Shown here: piece after piece, positions 1-13,030 of the stretch
How the letters are laid out: every line of letters starts with the position of its first letter
Numbering within the stretch: the first letter of the stretch is position 1
Assembly (NCBI GenBank): GCA_023515725.1
Contig: JALDTO010000155.1
Coordinates: forward strand, 655,147 to 719,146
Direction: 5' to 3'
Source: Amoeboaphelidium protococcarum X5
Lineage: Eukaryota > Fungi > Aphelidiomycota
DNA: 64,000 nt
The notes under the pieces: model-generated
The model's input: the letters and a program-made list of their open reading frames with translations, nothing else
Databases searched by the model: none
What the model was told of the DNA's origin: nothing
Program-made: the position numbers and the translations under genes

Positions 1-1
1 T

Positions 2-523
2 GATGCGTATAACAAGCATGGATTGGCACCGGCTAAGCATCGCGTCAACATGCTCAAACTGGCTCTTGATAATGGCGGGAGCGACTGGCTTATGGTTGAC
101 GAATGGGAGAGTTAGTAGAGCGTATTTCAGCGGACAGCTATTGTGTTGGATCATTTCCACCGCGAACTAAATGAGAAAATGAAGCCGTCTCGGCCAATAA
201 GACTTATGCTACTAGCTGGTGGAGATTTGATTGAGAGTTTTTAAATCCCCAATCTGTGGGATGTTTAAGATCTTCATCATATATTGGGCGATTACGGTTG
301 CCTAGTGCTTGAGCGAACGGGGGCAGATACCCATAGTTTCCTGCTGGAAGATGACATCTTATACATGCATCGTAAGAATGTGTTTGTTATCAAGCAGTTG
401 ATCTAGAATGACATTTCCTCCACCAAGGTTCGCCTCTTTGTCAAGAGGGGCTTCAGCATAAAGTATCTCGTACCAGATGGTGTTGTCAAATACATTTACG
501 AGAATCGATTGTTTCTAGAATGA
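2..523 (+). CDS. NMA1: Nicotinamide/nicotinate mononucleotide adenylyltransferase (NMNAT), 5'-truncated by window edge
   Basis: With TAR=Gln reads [17 protein letters not shown]...[11 protein letters not shown]...[11 protein letters not shown]...[27 protein letters not shown]; ends at TGA 521-523. Confidence 0.95.
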
Positions 524-622
524 ATAAATATAGGTGAGAGATGTATCAAGTTATAGTACAGAAAAGAGATGTTAATAAACGCGTTTTTATTGTACAAGAT
601 GTATCTCTTTCATTTAGAGTAA

Positions 623-2314
623 TCAAGTCCTGTTATTTCGCTAGTCAGCAGAGCTTGAGGACACTGAGCGCGGTCTGGAGCCAGATGAATTCTCAACGTC
701 TGGACTTGCCAAATTACCAGCGGCCATTGGGACTTCAAGGTTGCCACTGAGAGGATTCACTTGACGCTCCTACTGAGTTTGTAGCACTTTGGTATTGTAT
801 GAGCCGCAGCATTGACACTTGTGATAGAGGAAGTGATACTTGGTCTTGCTCTTCTCCTCGCAGTCATTGCACAGAATTACACTGTAAAAATCTTCATACT
901 CCGCAGGCATGGTATGATTCTCGAGCATCTTATCAATCTGCTAAAAGTACGCGTTCATATTAGAAAGAGATTTCCAGCAGATGGGACACTGATACGAGTT
1001 CTTGATATGCTCATTGTAACATGTTAAATGGATACTATGCCCACAAGCCATAAATATTACCGTGCTCGTACTAGTGAACATGTAATCTTCACAAATCGGG
1101 CAATTTTAATCCAAATTACGCTCAATGCAACGATGATTATCTTTCAGATTCATCGCCAGGCAGACATTACATTTATCACAATGGAAGTAATCGATACCAA
1201 GTCCTCTACCAATACGACACAGACCACATTTATCGCAGTGATAGATACTCTAATTAGGATCATTATTCCAGAATTTGCATACATCGCAATAATACTTCGC
1301 CATAGTAGCCTAACAAGGAGGATTAGCGCATTGTTAAGCAGCTGGTTAAACCACTTTACATAGCATGCACATCATATTCACAGTGGCGTGTCTGTTAATT
1401 TAATGATCAGTCTCCTACTCATCATGACAAAGTCTGCAAGTGTAGAATTATCCGCAACAAGCAGCCTATAACTTACAAGACCTCTGATAATGCTTACATC
1501 CTATTAGGCGTACAGATTCATCGAAATACGTATTATCAAGAGCTGTGGGGGCGACATTGTGCTCAACTCCATGCAAATCATACACCACCGCGGCAGTATC
1601 CATATCAATCTGATCACCGCTTGTTATTGCTTAATGATTAAATTAAGATAATCTTTTAACGGGTGGCTAGTGTGAAAACTATTACATCATCAACTTTTAG
1701 ATACGACGGGCCTTCTCAGAGTTATCGAGCGCCAAGTCCTTCAGCACCTCCATAATCTGTCGACGTAATTATACTTACGCTTGATTCTCTGCTTAATCGC
1801 TGGAAGAGCTAGTTTACCCATTAATGTCCATATTGTCTCCACCGCCATTACTTGGATTCACAATAGAGGACGACTATTAGCCAGAGGCTTAAGATACAGC
1901 AGTCATCATTTAATAAGGCGACACTTCGACATAGACGCGATGCTCAGCTGCAGGATCACTTGAAGTATTGTCAGTCATTGAAAAATCAGATATATCATTC
2001 GTGGTGGCAGTTGCAGTGGTGGCCATATCGGAATCCATAGCCAAATGAGATGACATACCAGTAGAATTAGTAGCTGCCGATGGATAATGAAAGTGTTGAT
2101 CGATATTATTGTTCAATGCCTGCTAACGATTACGACGACTGTTCGACTATTGCACAGAAGAAGAGGAAGTGGATGGGGCAACAGCAGACAGTGAAGGTGA
2201 TGCATCAACATCATTACTCCCACCACTTGGATCATCAATCGGAGTGCGTGCCAAATCTTCCACCATTCTATCAAACTGCTCATCCACCGACTACCCAGCC
2301 GAGCTTCCGGACAT
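623..2314 (-). CDS. RCHY1: Pirh2/RCHY1-type CHY zinc finger and RING E3 ubiquitin ligase
   Basis: One frame with TAR=Gln: LRRQIMEVLKDLALDNSEKARRIQKLM, CHY GCKHYQRSCKLQAACCGQFYTCRLCHDE, RING CPICEDYMF...CGHSIH...CPIC, C-terminal CNDC...YHKCQCCGSYNT; TGA at 623-625. Confidence 0.92.
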
Positions 2315-2572
2315 TTAATTACCATCTCTCCCACCCGAAGACATTATATAATAATAAGTTTTAAATTAAAATTGCTGAAATAAAAGATTCTACTAGAAAA
2401 TAGACATTGTGAAAGAGAAACAAAATAATTCCGTTTCACTTTAATGCGAAACAATCCGATCGGGCGCGCGCTCTCTTCAATTTACGCGACCAATTTCATT
2501 GACCAATCAGGAGAATGGATAGGAAGTTGTTCAAAGCTTACTCGATGCAAGGTGGAGATAATGCATAAAGAC

Positions 2573-5260
2573 TAGACCTCCTAAACAAAGAGTGTATTTG
2601 TAAATATTCGACAAATATTCGATTTGCAATCGAATATTTCACCGTGAAAAGACGCCACTATTTGTGCAAATATATTTGTTCATATATCCAAATATTCGAA
2701 CTTTGCTCTCCTACTGATCTTCATCCCGTCAGCTGTAATGAAACGAGAGAATATTCAAGCTAATAGTGAGGTTTAAAGTATATATTAGATGTACAAATGC
2801 ATAGAGAAAAAGTTTCTCCATAGATGGAGCACGTTAAAAACCCAATGGCTCACAATCACTCCTCCTCCGAAGTAGAATCTACGCTCTCAATTCCTTCTAT
2901 TGTATACGTGGACTCCACAAAATCATACACAGACATATTTCCTTGTTTCCGATAGACATCCCTTAACACCATGACATTGCGAATAGTGTTTGGCTCCAAT
3001 GATCCTCGATAATCAGTGACTATCTGACGCCCAGTAGAAAAAGCACTCTCAGATGGAACTGAAGTCGCAGGGATAGCCAGGAAATCCTTCGCCATTGCAG
3101 CCAATACGGCCATTTAAGCTCTCTAATTTTCCAATACTCCAATGGATTTTCAGAAAAAATAGACACACTGTCTCTAAGATACGTCGTCAAATGATTATCG
3201 ACGTTATCAGAAGATACTCCCTCGCCTCCATTCAATTCAGCGTCGAAATCATCCACTTCACTAAGCTCTTCTTCGGCGATGGGGACTCTATCTGGATATA
3301 AGCGAGTTAGATATCTCTAGACTATTGATTAAGCAATTTCAGACCCTGGAGATTCATCATCCACATTAACAATGTCATAATGCAATAGATTCTTGTTCTA
3401 GTCAAAGAATCGCGCTTTAGAACGAGGGTCCAACACGGTAGCTATCACATTGTAATCCGTGAAAGTGGTACAGTATTAATTCAACTTCTATAAAGCAGCA
3501 TCAGCTGCCTGCCGCACCACCTGAACTCTACTAGTTTTCATTTTCAAACAATGATTAGTAAGATTCACATGCATAGGCAAAACTTGATTCAAGGTTCCAT
3601 ACTTAGATCCACTTAGTGTAGTAGTAGCCTTAGCAAATTTTCTCAAAAAGAGGCACAATTGCTCTAAAACATCCCATTTAATCGTGCGATACTGTTCTTT
3701 GAATCCGTCACCTGTAGCTACTAAACACAATAGGTCGAAAACTTTCTTATATTCTACAGCATACGTTAACATTTCCCAGGTTGAATTCCATCTTGTTGGG
3801 ACATCGTAGCAAGGTTACCGAACAGTAACCTCTTTCTTAACACAGATCTCCTCGAACTTCTCCATGAGCAAAGAAGAGCGTCTCAATGAGACGATTAAAT
3901 CACGAATGACTTTGATATCTTTCTCGAATATCTTGTAGGCTTCTTTAACAGCCAAATTGATTACATGAGCAAAGCACCTCATATGTCCAGATTCATCGAA
4001 ATCTTCCAAACTGATCAAAGACTCCACAAAAGTCAAATTATTGGAAGCATTATCGCACGTAACACTCAAAACCTTTTCAAACCCACCAAAAGATTCTTAA
4101 GCTATCAATCTGAACTTCTCACTAATCTTGACCCAGAGTGCTTCCCGGTGAAAGGAACAAAATCAATCAGAGCACTTTACAAATCCCAATTTTTATCAAT
4201 GTAATGACCTGTCACACACATAAAAGGGATTCTATTAGGACTAGTCCACATATCAGTCGTTGTAGCAAACTTACATGGCAGCGCCGTCAATTAGGAACTA
4301 ACCTACATATCACGCTACTAGGCGCTTAGCAATCTCATTACGAACAGTGTCCGCGCTGATAAGATCTTTAGTGACAGTGGGGCGAACCAATTAGATTATC
4401 TCTTTGACCTCAGGATACTCGACAAATTCAAATGATAAATTGTTGGCGACTATTAAACGAATAAGGACATCACGGAATTTCTCAGGACTGTACTGGTTCT
4501 CAATCTAATGACTAATCATGGCCACGACGTCTTCGTTATCCTAAAGATTCAACAAGCTTGGTTACGTTTCAGCAATCAACGCCATCTTCTCATGGACAGC
4601 GTTTATATGCTGCAATTAGGTAGTAGTCGAGCTTGGATTATATTTGAACCATTTACCGCAGCTTGAAACTTTACATTGAATCTTACCTTACTGGTTCACA
4701 GCATTTTTGTCAAAAAATTACCATACAATCGATCTAGACGCCCTTGAAGAAACTTGACTCTTGGATTCAGACTTACTCTTGCACTTAGAAATTGCCTTTA
4801 TTGGCGAGGGACAGGTTAAATTGATAATCTCCGAACTAGACGGAGGGATATTCTCCACATTCAAGTGCGTTTAACTTACAGAGTCTTCCGGGGCTAGCTC
4901 AGACGTTGCATATGCGAAACTTTGAGCCAAAGTAGTCTATGGCTTCTTGCTTATGGATTTACACCTACGAGGACTGTTGATTCCGTTCATGACTCCTACT
5001 TCTCTGAGCTTGCGCAAGACTGAGTAAAATGGAAATAAGAGAGGTTCAAACGCGCGACTCCTCCCTATCTAAATCTAAGGAGCGTTTGAAGGCTTACACA
5101 ACTCTATAGCGTTTCAAAAGCGCCACTTAAGGTCATCGAATAACTTCTAATATTTGTAAATATTTATAAATATTTCCAATCGAATATCTGAGGCAGCGGA
5201 AATTGGAATATTTGTGCAAATCAAAGCAAAGCAAAGCAAAATATTTGTTTAGGAGGTCTA
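2573..5260 (-). mobile_element. hAT-superfamily DNA transposon, full length (2688 bp)
   Basis: Perfect 17-bp TIRs TAGACCTCCTAAACAAA (2573-2589) and TTTGTTTAGGAGGTCTA (5244-5260); identical 8-bp TSD ATAAAGAC (2565-2572, 5261-5268); internal transposase. Confidence 0.97.
2856..4990 (-). pseudogene. hAT transposase (BED finger, DDE core, C-terminal dimerisation domain) with one -1 frameshift near 3108
   Basis: BED motif SIVWQFF...C...C...STTTQLQHINAVH; TCDNASN; CFAHVINL; PLEYWK...WP then frame change to VLAAMAKDFLAIPATSVPSESAFS. Confidence 0.85.
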
Positions 5261-5299
5261 ATAAAGACACCTTATAATAAACATTACATTCCTATTATT

Positions 5300-6241
5300 T
5301 CATTTGAGATAGATTATTTACTCGCTTTTGTTATAATTTTCATAGTCTTGATCGCCGTAAACAACTTTTACTATTACGTAGATGGAGAGCATGTATATAA
5401 TTTCTACGCCATTACTGAGTGCCATTCTTAAGAAATTAAACAACGTCTCCGGATCATCAGCCTTGGGTGGAGTGAGAAACGCGTACAATGCAAACACAGA
5501 AACGCTGAGATACAGAGCCAACTTTTAGCCCGTCTTGACAGCCACAATCACAGCAAGCACCAGATACAGAATACAAGACAAGATAATAGCGATTAATGCC
5601 GGGCTCATTAATCCAGCTTTTTGTGCTCCGGTGCTAACAAACAACTTGATTCCATACTTGTCCACGATATGCAGTGACTAACACGGTCTGGTCTCAACAA
5701 AGAAATCGTAAGCGCCACAGAAAGCCGCCAGCAATGCGATACCATACAACAACTCCTTAATCTTGAGCCATTGCGGGCGAAGATTGGTAGCAGTATAATG
5801 TTGAAATTTATCAACCTGATTCTGGTTTTACTAGATCAATATATGCGATGGCGGGAACAATCTGTCGATAATATGATAAGCCGCAGCGAATAGAATGCTA
5901 ATCGTTGTACCATGCAAAAGATACGTCATACATACACCATATTTGAGCATTTGCACAGCAATAGACTATTCTACATCATCATCAACACCGTCGCCGTTAT
6001 AGGTAATATAATCCACGTCACTTAATATGGATGGACTGGCACAGCGAAGTGCATTATCAAAAATTAACCCGCACACGATAATCAATATACCATAGACAGC
6101 AAGTGCAACAGGAGAAAATTTCCTGAATAGAATACACATCTGGACCAAAAGTATGACATGCACAACAGCATAATTGCCGTGCAAGATTTAAAAAATTATT
6201 TTGTACAGAGCGGATTAAGTTGTTGCTGTATTATCCATCAT
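5300..6241 (-). CDS. Hypothetical multi-pass membrane protein (about 313 aa)
   Basis: Continuous frame ATG 6241 to TGA 5300 with TAR=Gln; about six hydrophobic segments; no family recognised. Confidence 0.7.
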
Positions 6242-6429
6242 AAATTCCGATTGATTAATTGTAAAAATAGCTCTGTTGATGAGAATGGAGAGTGGCTGAC
6301 TAACGAATAAAGTAAAGCGGAGGCGAAATATCAACGCGTCTCCTGATTGCCCTTACGTAGGTGCAGACAACGGGAAGTGACTTCAAAGCGGCTTAACTCT
6401 GTACAATTAGTCACTTAATGTTACATAGA

Positions 6430-7611
6430 ATGGACTCTCTTATAAATAGTTAGATTACTGATTAGATTGCTTTTAATTCGCAACTTTCTGAGATTAGAGA
6501 ATGGTTGAAGCATAATCAGTTGCCGGATTAGGAAAACAATTTCACCTGTAACACCAGAGCCAAGTTATGGAAGCTATTACTTGGTGTCGATTCAGTATCT
6601 GCCACTGAATACAAGTCGTTAATTGGGAGAGGCCCCAGTTCATTTTATGAAAAGATCAAGAAGGATACTAATAGGACGTTTAAAGCTGACAGTGACTTCA
6701 AAAGCATGGTTGATGAGGGAAAGTTGATTCGCGTGTTGAATGCGTTCATTTGGAAGATTGAAGCAGATTGCTGGAATGATTAGAAGCATAAGTTTACGTA
6801 CGTTCAAGGCATGAATGTATTTGCAGGTATATTCCTATATGTAATGCCTGAGCTAGATGCATTCTATTGCTTCTTCAAATTCATTACTCAAGTATGTCCT
6901 CAGTATGTTCAACCACAACTTGATGGCGTCCATCACGGACTTGAGGTATTCGTGATTGACTCGCGTTGTTTCAGATGGAACATTAATTTTTTAATCACTT
7001 TTGAGAGTGTACTGTAGTTACTTGATGAAGCTCTAAAGGAATGTGATTATGAAATATGGAATCACTTTAAAATTCATAAACTCATACCACAGACATATGG
7101 GTTCCCGAGTAAGTTAAGTATTTAGCACTTAAATTTGATTGAATAATACGCGATTTGTAGCTGTCATGACCTTTTCTGCGTGTACGGAGCCACTGTCGCA
7201 GGCAATTTTGTTATGGGATTACTACATTGCGAATGGCTTTCACTGTAACATTGTATCAGCTATTGCTCAGTTTTAATTGATGAAACAAGATTTATTAAAG
7301 TCCTCAAGGTAAGATATGTTCCTAACACGTGGTCAATTTATTTTAATTCGCGTGCGGGTAGTCCAATGAAGCTGGTTCGCGTGATGCCTTCCCTGGATTC
7401 AAAAGCAATCATCGAGCGCATACCATTAATCGCGAGTACTATTTCTGATGACTTATGGAAACGCATTTGTGTGCACATGCGGTAGAGCAAATGCTTCATC
7501 AGTTACAAATCAGAGTCATCTGTCCATCCTTCCAGTGATGCACTTTAGGACATTGATGATTTAGTTATTTCAGACGATGATGGCAATGACCAGGATAATG
7601 TCTTTGACTGA
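6430..7611 (+). CDS. BUB2: Bub2/Cdc16 TBC-domain GAP (mitotic exit/septation network); introns 6946-7017, 7109-7160, 7309-7361
   Basis: RAKLWKLLLGV...GPSSFYEKIKKDTNRTF...LIRVLNAF...YVQGMNVFAGIFLYVMPELDAF...TFSACTEPLSQAILLWDY; splicing restores the frame. Confidence 0.9.
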
Positions 7612-8061
7612 CTGAATTGAAATGTATTTGTGATCGGGATCTCCTTTAAGGTAAGTGACGCTCTATTTGAAGCACATGTATAGGGAGCGCGCGATTTTCT
7701 TCCAATGGTAAACAAACGCCCCATGCCATGTACCAACTTTTTGTATTTCATCTGAAACAAGTAGGGATATGTATTTAATCTCCATCTCTATTCCTAATCG
7801 CATTAACTCTCATCCCAGCATTGTTGCAACTTAAACAGTAACCTATATTCTGTCTGCATCACTCAATCAATCATCACCATCCACACGACCGACCGGCAGA
7901 CGAACCAATAAACAAATCACAGCTTCAATTATTCTTTCACAACGCCACACAATCCTTAACAAATAATAGCACTTTTTTATTATCAATTAGTTCAAACAAA
8001 GCTTTATTTATCATAATTAATAGAACTATCAACATCATCAACATCATAATTTGGTTAAGAT

Positions 8062-11000
8062 ATGAGGATTACGGAGTTGAAACCAGTGGTGCCCTCATAG
8101 AATCAATAGTAGGCTAATCTTAATAAGTCTGCCACAGCTACTAGCGGTTCAACAACAGGGACTAAGGATGATAGTCTGCCTCGTACTTCCAACAGTCTAT
8201 AGAGATCTAATACTTCTAATGATAGTGGATTCAAGTTGAAACCTACTGGTTTGTTGAAGTAGTATATAGATTCTGATATTGGATCATCTACAGAGTCATT
8301 GTAAAAGTTGGAAGAGTCCCTGTCGTTGAGTTAGAACAGAAAGCAGTCTGGTAATATCAATGGATCTCAGTCTTCCGGTACCTACGTAGCTCGATCGTTG
8401 ACTAATCAACAAGGTGCATCAAAGCAATCTCTTTCTAAGGACGATAGCTCCGTGAGATTGAATGCTGTGAGCACTGTATCGCCGTAGAATGAAGTAAAGT
8501 CAAGATTGGCAGGTGGAGCATCTGTAGACAAGAAGGCTTAATCTAAACAGGATCGACCTTCTGATGCCAATAATAAACAAGATGGTTCATTGCGCGGTGC
8601 TAACAGTGGGAGTTAGTCCAGTATTAATAGTGGGCGTCAGCGAAGAAACACTGTAGATTCCATCTCTGAGAAGCAAAATGTTCGTAGCATGTAGTAATAG
8701 TAGCAATCCTACCAGGATGAACAGTTGCAGAAGAGTAAAGTTCGTATTTTGGGCACAGGTTTGATGGATCATCCGATGTTTGGTAGCTAAAACTTATCTG
8801 AAGTCACTGATGAGTATATTCAGAAGCGTCAATCCCCAAAGGCGTCGTAGAAGGATCTAAATTAGTCTTCAAGTTCTGCCGAGTCTACTTTTCAGCAGCA
8901 ACAATAGAAAAGTCTGTCCGCTTCGAGTAAGTAGTAATCGTCCCCCGTTGATGTTACTGAGCTGGTATCTAAGCGATTATAGGAAGAAGAGAAGGCCAGG
9001 TAGTAGTTGTCAGAGTTTAACAAGGTTCGCCAGAAAATTTTGAAGAAGAGTCGTGACAAGTTGAATGCTGGCTTTGATAGAAAGTCTTAGATTTATGGTT
9101 AGGCTAATTAGGCGCTGCTTGCAACTCGAACTTCTAATGGAAAGTTGAATGAAAGTTCCTCGTTCGCGCCACCTGTCTCAAGTAAACTGTCGCACTCTAT
9201 CACCAGTCTGGATATTAAGGACAATAAAGATGCTAAAAAGGTTACTGTGAGCAGTCAAGCTGAGCCATTGTCAAAGCCAATGAATCGCAAGGATTCCCCT
9301 AAAGTTGGAAGACAAGCAAGTTCGAATAACGTCAGGATGTCTTATGAGTTTATAGCTGAATAGGAATAGTATTAGGAGGTTAAAAATTTGCTCAAGAGTC
9401 AGTTTAATATTGCTGCATCAAGTCTTGAGAATTTACACAATCGAAAAAACTATGCTGGTAGAACATTTATTGTGGCAGCTATTGAACGTCAAGTATCCAG
9501 GAAATCCCAAGAGTTAGATTTTGATGAAGGAGATACTATGCTTGTCACTGATGCTACTCATCCAGAGTGGTGGGTGGCTCTTCATGAAGTCAGCGGTAGA
9601 AGTGGATTGGCACAGGCGTCGAAAGTCAAAGAGATGGAGTCATTTTTCGCAGAGATTGTCGCACTGGCTGAAGACAATGTTGATCACTTTGATAAACACG
9701 TCGCAGAATCAAAGTCATCCATGAGAAATTTGGGTGATAAGCGTAAAGATACAGAGATTAGTGGTATCATGGATTCTTGGAAGAGCTCTAGTGTGGGTGA
9801 TGGCCAAGCTGCTATGCCGGAGAATCAGTCTTGGGCATCTAAAGCTGGAGCTGATCTTGTCACCAAACTGGGCAAGGATGAGGTTAAGCGCCAAGAATCT
9901 ATTAGCGAGTACATTGAGACGGAGAAGAAGTTTTTGGAAGATATGCAGAATGTTCTTACTGGCTATGTGCAGCCTTTGAAGGACTCTCGGGTGCTGAGTA
10001 GTTTGGAGTTGCAGGAGATATTCTCCAATTTGCAGTAGATTGTTGATATAGCTCAGGTATTTCATCGCGATTTGACCGAGAGATAAAAGACGTCCGGCAT
10101 AGTTATAGAGTCTGTGGGAGATATACTCCTCAAGAATTTACCATCTCTGCGTGAGTTTGCACCGTTTTGTGCAAATATGTCTCGCTCTATTCAGTACATT
10201 TTGGATAAAAAGAAGGTATCGCAGCCATTCTGTGATAAGCTGGCCGAGTGCTCAAAGAATAAAATATTTAAGAATATGGATTTGAATAGTTTTCTGCTGA
10301 AGCCAATGTAGAGAGTCACGAAAATACCGCTACTGATTAAGGGTATTCTAAAGTACACAAAGCATGATAGTCCTGATTTCTAGAATTTAATGGAGGCCGA
10401 GTCTATTTCGCAGGAAATTTTGCTCTTTATTAACAATAGGTGTGGTGAATCTGATGAGAGGCGTAAATTGGAAAAGATCCAAGGCAAAGTTAATTTTGAT
10501 TTGACTAAAGAGATATCGCTGGATTTCTTTGAGCCGAAGAAGCGTAAAATTTTATATGGTGGTCCTGTGGAGTGCAATGATAAGAAGATTTTTGCATACG
10601 TGTTTGATGATGTTCTCTTATTCTTGCAGTACAAGCTAGTCAATAAGGTGGAAAGATATACTCTGTATCGCCCAATGATGAGTCTGTGGCTGATTGATGC
10701 CAGCGATTCTGAGAGTGATGTTGAAGATACCACAGTGTCTCGAAAAACTTCTCTGAGTGTGGCCAGAAATCTATTTAAGCGTCCATCCTCCGCTAAGCCA
10801 ATGAAGGATCTGTCAGCAATATTTCATATTCATGACCAATTGGCTGAAGTGACGTATGAGATATCCTCTCACAATTAGCGTGATAAAGAAATGTGGCTGG
10901 CTACGATTGAGGCTGCGTAGAAGTTATTGTAGACGTACTCTTGCTTTAGAGTTGATAGATTGAGATCTCTGCCTAATCTGCCACTCAATTCTTAGAATAT

Positions 11001-11940
11001 CAAGCCCAAGAAATTTATGGAATATGTCAGTTATGTTCAGATTAAAGACTATGTTTTGTTCTCAAGTGTCGAAGGTTTATACTGCTCCAGGTTTAATTCT
11101 AGTACTAGCGATTTCTACGAGGTATAAGGTTTCTAACAACATGTGCAGTAGCTTTTGGTTATTGAAGCTGCGAATATGCTTATTCTATAGGATGGTAAGA
11201 CTGGTAGATTGGAAGGATATCAGATTGATAATATGGTGCTCTTATTAGATTATCTTCACGATAAGGATCGTAAAGGGAACGTACCTGGTGTCAAAGTTAT
11301 GAAGTTTATTGAAAGTGACAATTGTCATCACTTTGGCGCTGGATACGTGGATGATAATTTGTATGTTATAGCCGGTACGCCGAGATTTATTTCCATATAT
11401 GAGTATATTGCTGCTAATAGAGCTTTTAAGAAGGTGAGAGACGTTCTATCAGATGATGCAATTGACTTGACTTCGGTAAAAGAAGTTTACGGCAGGTTGA
11501 TGATCACGGTGAAGCACAAGTTTTATTGGATTGATTATAAGAGCGGTATCATGCATGAGTTAATTGATTCTTCCCACGATCTGGCCACTGGATGTTTTAT
11601 GGCCATCACTTGCTTACCTATTAATTCCTAACAGATGGTATTGTGCTGGTCCAACATGGGTGCAGTGGTCACTTTGAAAGAGAAGAACAAGGTGAAGATT
11701 GATAAGATATTGGTGTGGAGATACAATGCTTTCGATTTTATTCTCCAGCTGCCTTATCTGGTAGTCTACGTACAGAATGCAATTGAGATATGGAATGTTG
11801 AAAATGGATAGTTGATTTAGCTGATACACGCCCCTCGCTGTAAAGTTGTTGATGGCACCGAGCATCAGTACTTTACCATTGCTGAGAGTGGAGATTCTAC
11901 TGAGATTCTGTGCACTCTGCAAGCTCTGAGTGATCGTTGA
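8062..11940 (+). CDS. RhoGEF: low-complexity N-terminus, SH3, DH, PH and CNH-like domain (Rom/Rgf-like)
   Basis: Single frame. SH3 ELDFDEGDTMLV...EWWVA; DH RQESISEYIETEKKF...IFSNL...SFLLKPMQRVTKIPLLIK; beta-rich C-terminus with PYLVV...IEIWNV resembling CNH. Confidence 0.85.
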
Positions 11941-12071
11941 ATTAAAGATTGATGATAATATCAATGTCTGCTACTTGTAGATGTTGAATAATTTATGATG
12001 ATTGATGTAAAATGTGATGCCAATAGATATGGTCTTTGATGTTGATTCGACTGATTTTAATTAAACTACTT

Positions 12072-12506
12072 ATGGTTAAGCTCTTACTAAAACTTCACTA
12101 GGAGGGGGATAGATCGTGCAACACCAGCCCTATGCCGCTATAAACGTTGTTATTGGCATTAGTGATAAGCTAAATTGAAAAACTGCTGCATACTTGTCGG
12201 AGTCTGTAGTAATCTTATGGCGATAATCATCCGGAAGAATAACATGCTAATTAGATGGATATTGAGTTAAACTAGGATCCATTTGTGTATTGTGCAGATA
12301 TGCAAGAAGTTTCCTCAGCGCGTTCTATTCATGCGGTGAAGAGTAAGCGGATGTCCGATGCAAGGATTCGCAAGTAATCATCTAATTAAACATAATCTTC
12401 AGATTCCACTCTGAATGTACACAGAGATTTGATGGCAGAGCTTAGGAATGCTTTACCTGCTTTTAACAATTTGGCATTGAGTACTTTTGATATACCAGAG
12501 GAGTGA
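12072..12506 (+). CDS. Hypothetical protein (144 aa)
   Basis: Open ATG-TGA frame with TAR=Gln filling an intergenic gap; no motif recognised. Confidence 0.4.
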
Positions 12507-12648
12507 ATGAATGCATTGTTTGTTGAGCGATTGATCTGATGCAATAAAACACTGATTTAACTTTTAACTCTTCTGGAGCACTTTAATAACCTGGTAATTA
12601 TATTTGAAATTAAAATTATAGATCGCATTTATTAATTCAAAGACAAAG

Positions 12649-13002
12649 ATGAGAAAATCAAGTATTAGTCTGACAGTGGAGTCTCTGTTGTAGAAATCTC
12701 TCGCTTTAGAGGAGAAATTGTTGGAACAAAATCACATTAATATTCAGTTGAGGGAACTCTTGGAGATGCAAAGAAGGTCAAGATTTGTGAATACTTTAGA
12801 CGTTGGGTGTCAAACAGAAAATATATTATTGGAGTAGCTAGTTGTCCGACCTGTATAGACGCGTAGTATTTCAACCAGTGTACACTCTTATAAGCTACCA
12901 TCCCGTGTGTCAGTTGGAGCTTGGCCCATACTCCCCGCTATATTTTCATCTATTCTTAGTATAAAGATTATGATTATATTGTTCATAAATATAATGTATT
13001 GA
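12649..13002 (+). CDS. Hypothetical coiled-coil protein with C-terminal hydrophobic anchor (117 aa)
   Basis: LLQKSLALEEKLLEQNHINIQLRELLE heptads; ends WPILPAIFSSILSIKIMIILFINIMY-TGA. Confidence 0.5.
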
Positions 13003-13030
13003 TTATCATAGACTGAGAAATCACTATTTT

